From contig NW_002060949.1 of assembly GCF_000150275.1 (NCBI RefSeq), positions 3,974,449-4,038,448 on the forward strand: a stretch of 64,000 bases of DNA, written 5' to 3'. Positions 31,457 through 53,026 of the stretch are shown piece by piece. The stretch comes from Trichoplax adhaerens (Eukaryota > Animalia > Placozoa). The notes under the pieces are model-generated. The model worked only from the letters and a program-made list of their open reading frames with translations. It had not been told where the DNA came from and made no database searches. The position numbers and the translations under genes are program-made. The number at the start of each line of letters is the position of its first letter. The stretch's first letter is position 1.

Positions 31457-31550
31457 TCATGGTGGTGCTGGGGTCCAGCCACCGTCCAGGGATTGAACAA
31501 TCTGTGCGCTCAGCTGCGCATGACAGTGAATCATACCAAGATTGAAGAAA

Positions 31551-34500
31551 ATGGCTGAAAAGTAGGACTTGATAAACAAATTCACTTCTATAATGATTTT
31601 CGTGGTATTTTATATCCTACCAATGATTTAAGTACTGCTAATATCCGTGATCATCTTTTAGGAAAGATGCGAACTGGTGGGGAGGTTGGATTGCCACTGC
31701 CAAAGAAAAGGTAGGATTTGATATCGAAGTAATTATAGTACAATATTCATGACCGATGAAGTTTGCTGGTCATACATATCGTGATTGTCGTCCATTTGCC
31801 CATTTTATTACAATTGTTTGGATGCTTTACTAAGAATCATCAACGGATTTTCTGCTATTGCGTATCAATTGCTTAGTATAGTGCACGATGCTAAGCTAAA
31901 ACAATCACAGAACTCAATAATATAAATGCTCGATTAAACAAATCGAAATAGTATAATTGCGTATGCTGGTATGCTTGTTCAAAGTTCGGTCGACAAGTCA
32001 TATATTATTAGAATAGGGAATTACTCGACAGAATTAGTTGTTAGTGATCCTCTGCCATTAGGCTTACCTATAGAGGGTATGTATTGTGCGCAATGAATTG
32101 TATACGTTTAATTATAATTGAAATAGTAAATATCGAATGCTTATAGTTTCGCATTGGTATTAGCTGTGATAAATACTGCAATTTTCCATAATCCCCCATA
32201 CGGATAAATTGTCTCTGCTCAGTACAGCGTTTAGTTGCTGCTAAGTTCACATAAAGTTTTTATTCGTTGTATACAGTCGTGGTCAGCCTTTGAAATGGCA
32301 AAGAAGGATGTTTCAGAATTTGTAACAACATTACAAACAGATACTACGCAAATTGTATCGGAAACAGCGGATACTTTAAAGAATAAGCTAACTGTAAGTT
32401 AGTTATTTTAAATAACTTTGATATGTTCCTACACTATGAATACTAATTTGAGACTCTAAATGGCATGGACAGGTTGAGCGAAACGATGAAACTGGTATTC
32501 AAAAAGGTAAAATTTCTCCCATTAGCGAAAATTTAGGTTGGAGTATGTGTGTGCGAGTGCATGCAGTCTACGTTGTTAATGAAGTGAAGAGAATTTGGTT
32601 GCAATCCTGCGTAGTGAATTACTTTTAGTGACTGTGAATTCCAGTCACGCAGTATATTTCATTATAAGTATTACATATACTGCAAATATCCCTAGCGTTG
32701 AGTTAGTTAGTATTATAACTTTATTAACTGTTCCTATATATACTAATTTCTCTCTAGATGTGAGATTTGATGAAGGAATAAGTGCTACTAGTGATATTGT
32801 TGATGTAAAGTATGAATCAAAAGCTGTAAATAGATTGCAGGTAAGATTGGGTATTGGTTATTGTAATACTAGAAAAATCTGCGCGTTTACACTGAATACG
32901 TACAATTTTAGTCTTGTATACGCACAGATCAAAATAGGTGAAAGTTGTAGTTCTGAAGTTCACGAGATAAATAAGTATTTTTAAAGTAAGAAACTTTGAA
33001 AACGTTGATGAAATCAACTGATTTTCTGTACTGTACTTTACCCGCTATTCAGGCTAAACTGGTGGTCCTACGAGAGAATCCACTGACGTATCGAGAGGAA
33101 CCGACTGGTGCGACATGCTTACTTATATTCATTGATTTTTAGAGCTAAAATCATCAATAAATTAAACGAATGTGATATTTTTACTTATCATACTTTCACG
33201 AACTTCTAGATGGTGAATTTCATCAGTGGCAATCTGCATTTAACGTTGACGAGTATAAGGGTGAAATATCTGAATTGTTGGTGGATAAGCCTCGTGTGAG
33301 AGGACTGTATTCAAAACTGGTAATGGGAATTATTGAGATAATATCCAATTAAGCGATTAAGCAAGCTGCTCATGTTACCAAAAATTTAGATCTAAATTGG
33401 TGTTTTTCTGTGTTGTCCAGGTACCTTCAGAAATGTCGCATCTTATCTTTTGGCAGAGATACTTTTATAAAGTCCATCTTTTAAAATTGGTTTGTTGAAG
33501 TAAAATACTATATATTAATGAACGAAATCTGAAGATTCAATATAAACACCTAGCTTGGCATCAATGTTGCAATCGTTACAAATTGAAATTACCTATAATA
33601 CATTTTATAAATGAGATTTTAAGTTATAAATACATATCTCGATAGAATATGACAACGATTAGATAATGTAAGTTTTGTACTTAAATTTTAGGAAGATGAA
33701 CGTCGAGCTAAGCTGCTTGCCCGAGCTAATGAAACAGAAGACGAAGTTGATTGGGGTGATGATGAAGGTAAAGCATTTGATTTCTTTAGCAGCTAAGTTA
33801 GTTCATCACGTTGACTTTGTAGACCTCTTTTTCTCTAAGACGATTCGGACGGCTATAGTGGCAGTGCTTTAGACACCGAAAATAGGATAGAAACGACAAC
33901 TGCGCTACCAGAGGTTTCTCCCGGGATTGATGAAAAAGACATAGCTACAACAGAAGGCCCCGAAATAGAGGATGCATGTACAAAAAATGTTCAAGTCCAT
34001 GATTGCGAGCCTACTGAAGTACCGGATACTCACGAAAAAGACGTCCAAGACCCGGATAATGAAACTACTGCATGTAATTTGGAGTCAAATGATAATATTG
34101 AGTCAATAGAATTAGCAGGTACTTCTGAAAACCAGAAATATAGCGAAGATAGGGCATCGAATATCGATAATGAAGACAAGATTTCAGTCGGTGATAATAT
34201 AGAAGCAAAGAATGAATCATGCAGCGAAACTGAAGCAGTTTCTCCGGGTTCGCGTGATATTTTACCTGAAGACACGGATGTATGCCACGAAATAGTCAAA
34301 TCTCCAGTTATTGATGAAAAAGAATGTGATCTATCTCAACCAAGTGATATTGACCATACGCCTGCGGCTGTTGCGCAAATACAGTCAATATCTTTTAACG
34401 TGGATGAGGAGAATACAGGCACGGTACGAATTAGCGATGAAGATTTAAAAGACGTTAATGGGAAATCAAGTAATGATAGCAAAAAAGGTAGTAGCGAAGA

Positions 34501-34735
34501 TTCAACAAGTGATGATTGGGAAACAGAATTTGATCTGGATTTGGAAAACGTCGAAGCACTAGAAAATACTCCAAATGCGGATGATATTGATGTAAGTCAA
34601 GTAAAATTCAGTTATTTAATGGGTTACATTAGGGATGATTCTGCTAGCTGCATTAGGTTGACGAGTATTATTTTCTCTTTTATATTTGCATATATGCTGT
34701 AGAATGAAGACTGGGACAGCTGGGATGAAAATTAG
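31551..34735 (+). CDS. BSDC1: BSD domain-containing protein 1, 11 exons
   Basis: Exons: 31551-31561, 31662-31710, 32277-32393, 32473-32506 (or -32536), 32758-32840, 33053-33107, 33210-33319, 33421-33489, 33692-33767, 33840-34591, 34703-34735. It reads MAEKKDANWWGGWIATAKEK|SWSAFEMAKKDVSEFV. The BSD core is KGEISELLVDKPRVRGLYSKL|VPSEMSHLIFWQRYFYKV, followed by an acidic tail SDDWETEFDLD...EDWDSWDEN*. Confidence 0.93.
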
Positions 34736-35535
34736 GCATAATAATGATGCTGTTCATACTTATGTAAATGACATGAATATGCCCAAGACAACAAATCATA
34801 CGTCATAACTTTATTTATTGTTCTCAAATCTACTTTTAAGCATTTTAAATCAGTGTCTAACATGTAGTAATTACTGTATGTTTTATTAGTTAATTTATAA
34901 ATATCAGTATAGATTGAGCGTAATACCATATTGATATTATATGATAGTAAATACGATATTTTACTATGTATCAACCACAGGTTGATACGATCTTAAATTC
35001 GTCAAATCCAAATCGCTACTAGGTATCGACTTCCGTATTAATTTGTAAACATGAAAAATTATAATTATTATATATTGAATGCCTGGTGTTTAAAAATATC
35101 TAAACATAAAAAGTACTTCTAAATCCGTTAGGATAAAACTGAAATCAATTTTCAAAGGAAATTATGATACTATAAAAAGTAATACTGGAGTTAGTAGTAC
35201 GTCCAACTTATAACTATCATTAAAGGATATATTTTTTCAACACTACGTTTTACAGCAACCTCACGGTCACTTGTATAAACCTAGTATACTAAAAACTGTC
35301 TAATGATAAGATGGCTGACAACGGCAATTTATATATCTTAATCATTATGCTTTACAGCATAAACCGTAGTCAGGCAGACAACAGGCTAAATTAAGAATCA
35401 AAGGAACAATGTACGTCCTTTGAAAAATCGCTTGATTTATCGCCACAATTCTTTAAACCCCACAGTGCTAACGACAACATGACTATTTTCGCTTGGATTT
35501 ACATAGAATAAAAAATTATTATATGAATACGCGGC

Positions 35536-38500
35536 TTAACTTATAGTTTTCGAACTGATATGTTGGATAACTTCATTCATCTAGATAAAAACGCCTAGTG
35601 TGAATAAATTCAAGAGTGAAAGAACATGGTAAATGTAAAGTATGAAGTCTTACCTTCGCCAAAATGTTTGTAAAAACGACTAGCAAGTGATCGAGACATT
35701 TCTTTATCTATAAGTTCAATAGAATGTTATATTAACATTGAACAGAACAGCCTAAAAGCGTATAATATATGTATCGTACCGCATCTAAGACCGTTGGAAT
35801 ATAATCTTTTATTAATAATTGATACGGAGATAAAACATCGGTCGTGTACTTAAAACCGGCTTTCGTTAATAACCATAACTTTTCAACGGCTACAGAAGCC
35901 AAATCAGAAAGAATCCTCATATAGTTCAATAGTCGGGTTGATAAGAACCTACAAAGAATTAAATATAACGAAAGTTGACAACCCGGTATTAAGAGATAAT
36001 CATAACAACAATATCACTATACTGTATTTGAATTACCTCGTATGTGTTCTTAAACTCTCAACCTGAGATTCATCAAGGTTGAAGTCTAAAAGTATTCAAT
36101 TACCAGTATTAGTTAAGAAAGAGAACAATAAATATAAACTACCTTCAACTCTGTATTATATATTATTATGAGCTCGAAGTTATACGGTGTCTTACATTGA
36201 GGATAAGAAATAATAGCGTGTAGAGTACCCAAACCAAACAAGAACAAAAGAATTAGTAAATATAATAAATATGATCCAGTCATCGAAGCGTTCGGTTTCT
36301 TCTCATAAGCTGCATTATCGACGAATGCCTAAGAAATCATTTTGTTTGGATGAGACAACTTAAGATACGTTCACACTTAAAGAGTAAACTCTAGATGTTA
36401 ATGCAAATACCTTCACTTCAGATTGAAATTCCGCAACATCTTCCTGTTGATTAACAATAAGATTAAGACCACTTATGGATCAGTCAGCAATAGACTATAT
36501 ACTTGGAGCTTTGCAAAGATTACGATACTTACAGCCTTATTCCGTTTTTTAGAAATTATTGCAGTATTGATAGAAATGAAGTGGTTGATAGTATCCGTAA
36601 TTAGTAATGAGTAATCACCCTATATAATGCAATAATGTAAATTATCATTTAAGTAACTTTCCAAGTTATAGTGAGCCCACATCCTTCAATTACAAGTTAA
36701 ATATCATTTCAGGCTATAGCACCTTTTTGGAGAGTGATCCGCTTGACCAGGCTTTCTTCATGTAACAAAATAATATTCTATGCAAATGAATCAAGACACC
36801 AGAGTAAGTACTGATGCCTGTGGTTAATCATTGCATGGATGAGGTATAATGATTTACCAAATAATAAGTATACCTAGATTGAGGAATATTATTTCGATAC
36901 ATTTCCTTCCACACTGTTAAGCAGTAATGATCTTTTTCCAAGTAGTATTTTAGACAATGCAAGTTCTAAAAGTTGCAATCTTATATTAAAAAAATTATCT
37001 AGATCGCGGAATTATAAATGATCAATTCCAAGTATACCTCCTTCCGAAAATCGTCTGAACTATTACTCAACATCGGCAGCAGCAAAGAAAAGTAGTTGCG
37101 ATAACTATTCGTTGATTCGTGGGTTAGTATGAAGTCCTATCGTTAATTTACGTCTTATTAATCAAATCCAGCTAATTTTTATTTTGTTTAATGCTTAGCT
37201 AATATTTTATTATTCATACTAATCTTATACCGTATTGAATCCGAGTAGCAATTTACCTTTAACTTTGGATACAAACTGATGAGCTTCTTACGGCTCCTAT
37301 TAAATAAAAGCAATGCGTTAGCGCCAAAACAATTGCTTTTCTAAACTTCTCTTTGCGGACTTACGATGCATGGAGTGAAGAATTATCGCTAAATAGCATA
37401 TGCAAAAGCGTAACAAATTCCTTTGGACCAACATTAGGAATTTTATTAATATTTTTACTTTTCTTGCTCCTATTAATAAATAGGATAATATCTCAATATA
37501 CATACACAATGGATGAAATACACTTAAACATAAGATACAAAGGATATGGGTATACTTGAAAAGATCTTCTATAACTGTTATTGCATATGGAGCAAGACTT
37601 CGCACATTCATAGCAGGGAACATGAGCTCAAACCATACTTAAAGTCAAGACAAAGTACATGATAGCGACTACGCTTTAGAACAACCAACAATTACGCGTA
37701 ATATTTATAGCCTTCTTGAAGTATCGCACCAATAACACTCTAGCTTTAAAACTATCATAAAATTTACCTTGGTATCCAACGGCAACATCACCAATAGACG
37801 CTTGATTGAATGCCCATAAAATAGACAGAGCCTCATAAGGAACAATTTCCAACACGCTTGGTTTGTACTGCAGGTAAAATCGATTACAGTTACGTTAAAT
37901 GAGTTCTGCACGTGGCAAGACAAGTTATGATATAACAGTATTTTACGTTGATAATAGATCATTTAATCATTTACATGCTATAGCAGACAAGGCGGAAAAG
38001 TCTTAACTTACAGTACTTATCTTGTTGAGTACAATAGCTGGATTATAGCGAGTCATGATTTGAATCATAATGCGATAGCCGTAAGTTTGAATATCTACGG
38101 TTTTGTGAATATTTTTTATTTGTTAGAATATCCAATCTAACCGGTGTACTGTAAATAGACACTATTTATACAGCAATAATTAGCTCTGAAGGGTGAGATA
38201 GGTTAACGAGTGAACTATCCGACGTAAACGTACTATTCCTTATGTTTTTCAACATATTGTCAATGCAATCTTCGAAAAATATACTTATAACAGCTTCTGG
38301 GCATTTTTCCAATAATTGGATTGCTAATTGCTTGAATTTATTGGATAATAAATTCATTGGAAAATCTGTCAGTAAAGTTAGGGTAGATCGTTAAGTGCGT
38401 TTACAGGATCAAGTCATAATCACTTTTAACTTTTTATTCGATTGTAGACTAGTAACTGCGATATGAATAACTTGTAAAATAAATGGATGAGTACCTTTGC

Positions 38501-40190
38501 TTTTGCCTGTGAAAATAGCGTCGTAGGAGTTTTCAGCACGTGAAAGGTGCATCTGTACATAGCCAACCAATTCGTTAAGCCATATCTAAAATGTAAAGGT
38601 TACAGTTGATATCTTTTGTCCAAGTTATAATAGGAAGGTAAAATAGATACTAAAGTTAGTATATAATTCATTGACTCCACTTTTGAATTGGATCAAAGAA
38701 TGATTTCTAAATACCGATTCAGGATAGAACAATGTAATGATGATGAATGAATTATCTTACAAGGGAATTGCTTGGAAAAGTTTGTCGAACTTGTTCTATC
38801 GTACTTGCTAGCTCATTTTCCTCAAGCTGTTGAAATAATATGAACGCATGCATATTAGTAGCAATTTCACCATCAACATGTGTCATTATTCTAATCCTGC
38901 TACAAGATACCATTACACTCATTTACAAGTGGTAGTTATCCCTCTAACTACGTGTAATTGACAGGCTGATACAGTATAGTGTAAAGAGTACGAGTAGTTA
39001 TACCCATTGCAATAGTTACAGCTGCTCTTACATTAGCTATTAATTCTTGAAGAGGAAGTTTATCCTCTTTCTTGACTTTGGTTTTAGCTGCATCTCCATG
39101 ACGTTGACGAGGCTTGGCTGGGTTGTCTTTCATTTTAGGAGTGCTATTATTATCGCCTTTGGTATGGCTAGTATCACGTCCAACGTCATTGAAATTTTGA
39201 TAATTGGTCTTGGATGGTGCTAATAGATCCGTCATAATTAAATATGTCCGTCAAATACGTAGTAATAATGAATTATAAATATACATTACATATGAACAGC
39301 ATCACACATCATGTCATTCAAATTTTGAAACTGGGTCTTGCTTGATGCTAATAGATCTATCATCATTCAAAGTACCCACCAAAAGGTAGCAACAATGAAT
39401 CAGTTTCGACTGTAGAGTATGATTAGCATGACGCATTATGTTATTGTATAATTTGAGAATTGACCTTGATTTCAAGCAAATGGATCTGTCATCATTAAAA
39501 GTATCAATACTTGTCAAGCATTGATTACGTCTACAGCACTCTCAATATTAGTTTAGTGTATGATTAGCACTCGCCATCATCTTCTGAATAACTGTAAAAA
39601 TTGGCCTTGATTTGAAGCCAATGGATCTGCTATCATTCAAACTACCAATACTACACGTAGCAATAATCCAATCAGTCTAGCGAATTACACATCCGCTATT
39701 CTGCCTGTCATTGATACGGGAAGAAACACGTCTACTGCAGTATGACAACTGGATACAACCATTCATTGCTAAGAACAAATTAGGGTTTCATCCAATGGTT
39801 GGCTTTCCAGTGGTGAAGTTGGTCAATATCAATGTAAAGTAAGTTAATGCCATTCCAATCAGATTATAGTAGTCATTTATTGCACTGATACTGAATGGCG
39901 ATAGTTAATAGCTTGTTGGCAAGTCTATTACAAGCGAAATTGAAAGGTCATGATGCAGCTCGTGTTCGTAAGATGAGTAGTTTTAAGGACTCCGAGCGAA
40001 TCCTATACTGTCGAATTTAGTACTGACAACATTCAAGACAGAGCTGTAAGTTATCTTGACTCCATTAGTCGATACCCTTTAATTGTTGCCGTCGTGCTTC
40101 GCTTCCAGCACTATTCTTATTGGCATCATCTTTGCCATGGTCTTTTTTCTGACTTTTAACTACATGCCATTTTAAATCGTGTGAAGCCAT
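35536..40190 (-). CDS. TMEM214: Transmembrane protein 214, about 20 exons
   Basis: Exons (minus): 40076-40190, 39032-39219, 38761-38826, 38495-38585, 38234-38365, 38012-38094, 37767-37867, 37556-37637, 37365-37469, 37257-37296, 37038-37136, 36874-36965, 36723-36777, 36533-36619, 36411-36443, 36196-36328, 36037-36085, 35780-35948, 35654-35707, 35536-35580. The motifs KWHVVKS, FPSNSLIWLNELVGY, YGYRIMIQ, SILWAFNQA, VWFELMFP, VGPKEF, LYPKLK, VWKEMY..NIPQS and a hydrophobic TM segment occur in TMEM214 order. Confidence 0.88.
39190..39665 (-). repeat. Four diverged tandem copies (about 130 bp) of the TMEM214 intron-1/exon-2 junction
   Basis: aattggtcttggatggtgctaatagatccgtcataattaa (about 39202, the true acceptor), aactgggtcttgcttgatgctaatagatctatcatcattcaa (about 39329), aattgaccttgatttcaagcaaatggatctgtcatcattaaa (about 39458), aattggccttgatttgaagccaatggatctgctatcattcaaa (about 39599). 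Confidence 0.8.
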
Positions 40191-40395
40191 TTAACTCGCT
40201 TTGACTGCAACTCAGCAAATCACCATTGGACAGCTTGCGTGGCACAATCACGTTGATGAGTTGAAGGGCTCAGAAGCTGACTTTACGGTACTGTACCGTG
40301 CTGTGCCGTACCTGTGGACTGGACTACTGTTCGATTCAGTACGACTTACAATACGTGTCGATCGACACTTGGCTGACCGTGTGCACGGAGTTGAC

Positions 40396-40546
40396 GTACA
40401 GTATAGTACTGTACAGTACAGGGTACTGATCATGATACTACAGTACAGTACTGTACAGTGTACAGTACAATACAGTACGGTACAATACAGTACTGTATTC
40501 CGTTACAGTGTACAGTACTGTATACTGTAGTACAGTACTGTATAGT
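40396..40546. repeat. Self-complementary (TACAG/GTACT)n array upstream of TMEM214
   Basis: About 150 bp built from tacagtac/gtactgta/tacaatac units, with nested palindromes such as tacagtactgta. It lies 200-350 bp upstream of the TMEM214 ATG. Confidence 0.85.
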
Positions 40547-40719
40547 AAATCTACACTGACATTGACCGTGCTGTTGACACCGGCATCGGCTCAATGTTCG
40601 TACGAGCAAAGACTACCGGTCATGGCGAAATTTTTACTTGAGTAGTCCCTGCCAGTATTCGTTCTTACAATGCTTACTTTTACAACCTGTACAAAAATGG
40701 ATAAATCAAATAACTCCTC

Positions 40720-41015
40720 TACTATACAATGCTCAGATTGTATTCCGCAATTAGAAATTACATTGGTATATCCTTAGAGGTAAGACCTCTGTGGCTACAT
40801 CCTACACAACCCATCAAAACGGAGGTTTTGCCCACAGGTAGTAACAACGAACGCTTATACTCTACTGTACTATACAATGCTCAGATTGTATTCCGCAATT
40901 AGAAATTACATTGGTATATTTTTAGAGGTAAGACCTCTATGGCTACATCCTACACAACCCATCAAAACGGAGGTTTTGCCCACAGGTAGTAACAATGAAC
41001 GCTTATACTGTACCG
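40720..41015. repeat. Recent tandem duplication, 2 x 148 bp
   Basis: The unit tactatacaatgctcagattgtattccgc...gaacgcttatactctactg starts at 40720 and again at 40868, with about 6 mismatches. Confidence 0.95.
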
Positions 41016-43664
41016 TAACCTGTTGTGTTGTGAATAATGCTGATTCAAAGCAGTCTACTTTGTCGGCGACTTTCTGACTTGGTATGGATATCAGCTAAGA
41101 CCTTTTATCGTACAAATATAAAGCACAGCCGATTATTCTACACGACATAGTGCTTTACATCCTACAGATAGTATGCTTTCGAAACACCCAAGTGCTGCTA
41201 TTGAGCTGTAGTAACTGCAGCTTGTAATTAATTTGTAATAAAGTGGGGCAGGACAGTGGGGAATATTAAAAATAGTGACATTGGCATTTATGCTGGAGAC
41301 GATACTGTGCTAGTGTTGCATGGTCGTAATGGTATCTGCTAATTTTGGTTAAACCTATCATAACTGTATGTACTAAATTGATTCGAATCCTGTTCATAAA
41401 GCTCCTTTCTTCATCCTTAACCTGTCTCTATAATCATTGTGATTTAGTTAAGACAAAATATTACAAGTGGCTGATATACGACTACTGTACTCGTACCGTC
41501 GTACATAACTATGACATTTAAAGGCGGTAGGCTACTAGTGGCAGTAGCGACGACGACGGATTGATTGTTTAATCTTGTTTTGCTAATGTTTTTGTTCGAT
41601 ATGCATGTGTTTTTATAGTTCTTATTTTTTCATTTAAATTTCATGTACTCTACGTACACTGTAACAACGATAGATAGCGTCATATTATGAAATGTAATGG
41701 TTACCCTATTTATGCAATGCATGCTTCTTTCATTATTAAGCTCCTGACGTGCATTATGAACTATAAATAATAGTAATTAATTAATTACAATATAATAGCC
41801 CGCGTACCCATGCCGTATGCTTATATTGTATTGTACTGCACATAAGCGTATTATCCGTTTAATCGATCAATCAATTAATTGACGAGATACTTTCTGTATA
41901 CTTTATAAAGTTTCTGAAAGAGATTCGTAAACATGTACTATGGCTCTTGTACTGTTTATCTAGAATGCAGTAATGTATCCGTATTACTGATGCTTGCAGC
42001 GTGCACAAAATGGAATTCAATTGAAATCCCAATAAAACGTCAGTGGATAGTAATAGCTCTATTACAATTTATGGCGAGTCTAATATTAGTTCATGGAAGA
42101 TAAAAACTAACTATGAACAGAAAGACCACGCTTTATATATGGCATATACAACTGGCAAACATCATCTGGTATCTTACAAGTTACGATAGCTTTCTAATTA
42201 ATACAGTAGGAGCTTCTACATACACCATAGTGCCTTATATTATCCTCTATCTTTCCAAGTACAGCATAGATAACAACTGATTACATTGTTCATATACTTT
42301 TAGTCGACAACACTATATATAATCATCATTATAGATAAGATATCTCTACGAATATATAGGATCTCCTCTATTGACGCCAACAGCTATATAAGTTAATTAA
42401 TTTTGCTAACGTTACATTACTGCACATATTACTAAAAACGTAGCTGGAAACAGTGGCTAAAGTTGATATAACAGTAGCTACACTGACTGTGAGTTAATTA
42501 TTGAGTATATTATCGAATCAGAGAGGCATGAAATGATACCTTACCAGTTTACTAATTATCATTCATTTTTTCCCTATCAACTGTCATATAATTATAATTG
42601 TAACCCTAGGCTAGATAATTAGTTCATTATTACATAATACTGCAAAAATATATTAATACACAGCGCAATACACTTTGGGGTTATTAGTCAGCTCCATATT
42701 GCAATGTTCAATGAACACATACTGCATGTAATATTGATCCATTTCACTTCCTAGCACCAAAGTCCGTGCCTCTATTAGATCTACCTAGTGTGGTCCTATG
42801 ATTCAAAAATATCCAAAAGGTATTTATTATGTTGTTGCAACTCGAAGATACACTGCGAAGTTCGCGTTACAAAATGCATGTACATATTAATCAAGAATGA
42901 TAATATACGTCTGGCATTTTCGAAATACACTAGTGCAAACTCCCGTCGCTTTGCTGACGGTGTACGCTAGCAACTATCCACTCTATTGAATGTCATCACA
43001 TTTCCCACTGCAAATTTGGTGGGTGGGATAAATTCTCCGAAAATGATGTTGTAATACAGTATAATCGGCTAGGTTTGTGCTTCACTACAGCCTGTTTGTT
43101 CCCTACAGGACTGTGCTGGAAGCTTGGGGAACCATAGCTAGCCAACATGAATTGAAATTTTTCACTTTTAAATTTCTCAACAAGACTACAGCAATGGCTG
43201 AAAACTCAAGTCATGGCCACTTTTCTATACCGTAATGCAGCTTTTCGTCTACCGTAGCAGGACTACTTTACGACGGGTGGTATGTTACTGTAGTAACGTA
43301 GTGATAGTGCCCATCCTAGTTTACGGTCAGTGTCCACCGTACTAGCTAGGAAGTTTATCCATTGCACACTAGTGCACAGCAGGGATATTGGCACAGTAAT
43401 GAAGCGTCATAATGAGGTTGCCATTCGTTGGTAATCCATGATTATGGCCTTGAATACTATAGTAGAGTATGGCGCGCTAAGCCTTTACTGCGCGCTGTCG
43501 GTATCGCTACCATCATGATGAATAATTCATTAATTCAATTGGACAAGAACACTGGACTTCATTACAAGTGTTTTAGCACATCTATATTACAATAATATAA
43601 TAGCTGGCAGCATCTATTCTATGCCCTGGCTTGATCAAGTTAACTGTGTCAACGTTGAATAGAA

Positions 43665-53026
<9,362 letters not shown>

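Noticed and set aside
34030-34299. Antisense 89-aa ORF overlapping BSDC1
   Set aside because: It is the shadow frame of the large acidic BSDC1 exon 33840-34591.
40201-40530. 109-aa ORF with VQYST repeats, and its antisense ORF
   Set aside because: It is the translation of the TACAG promoter array and has a non-ATG start.
40720-41015. Direct repeats as a possible CRISPR array
   Set aside because: Only two long contiguous copies, no unique spacers, eukaryotic context and no cas genes.
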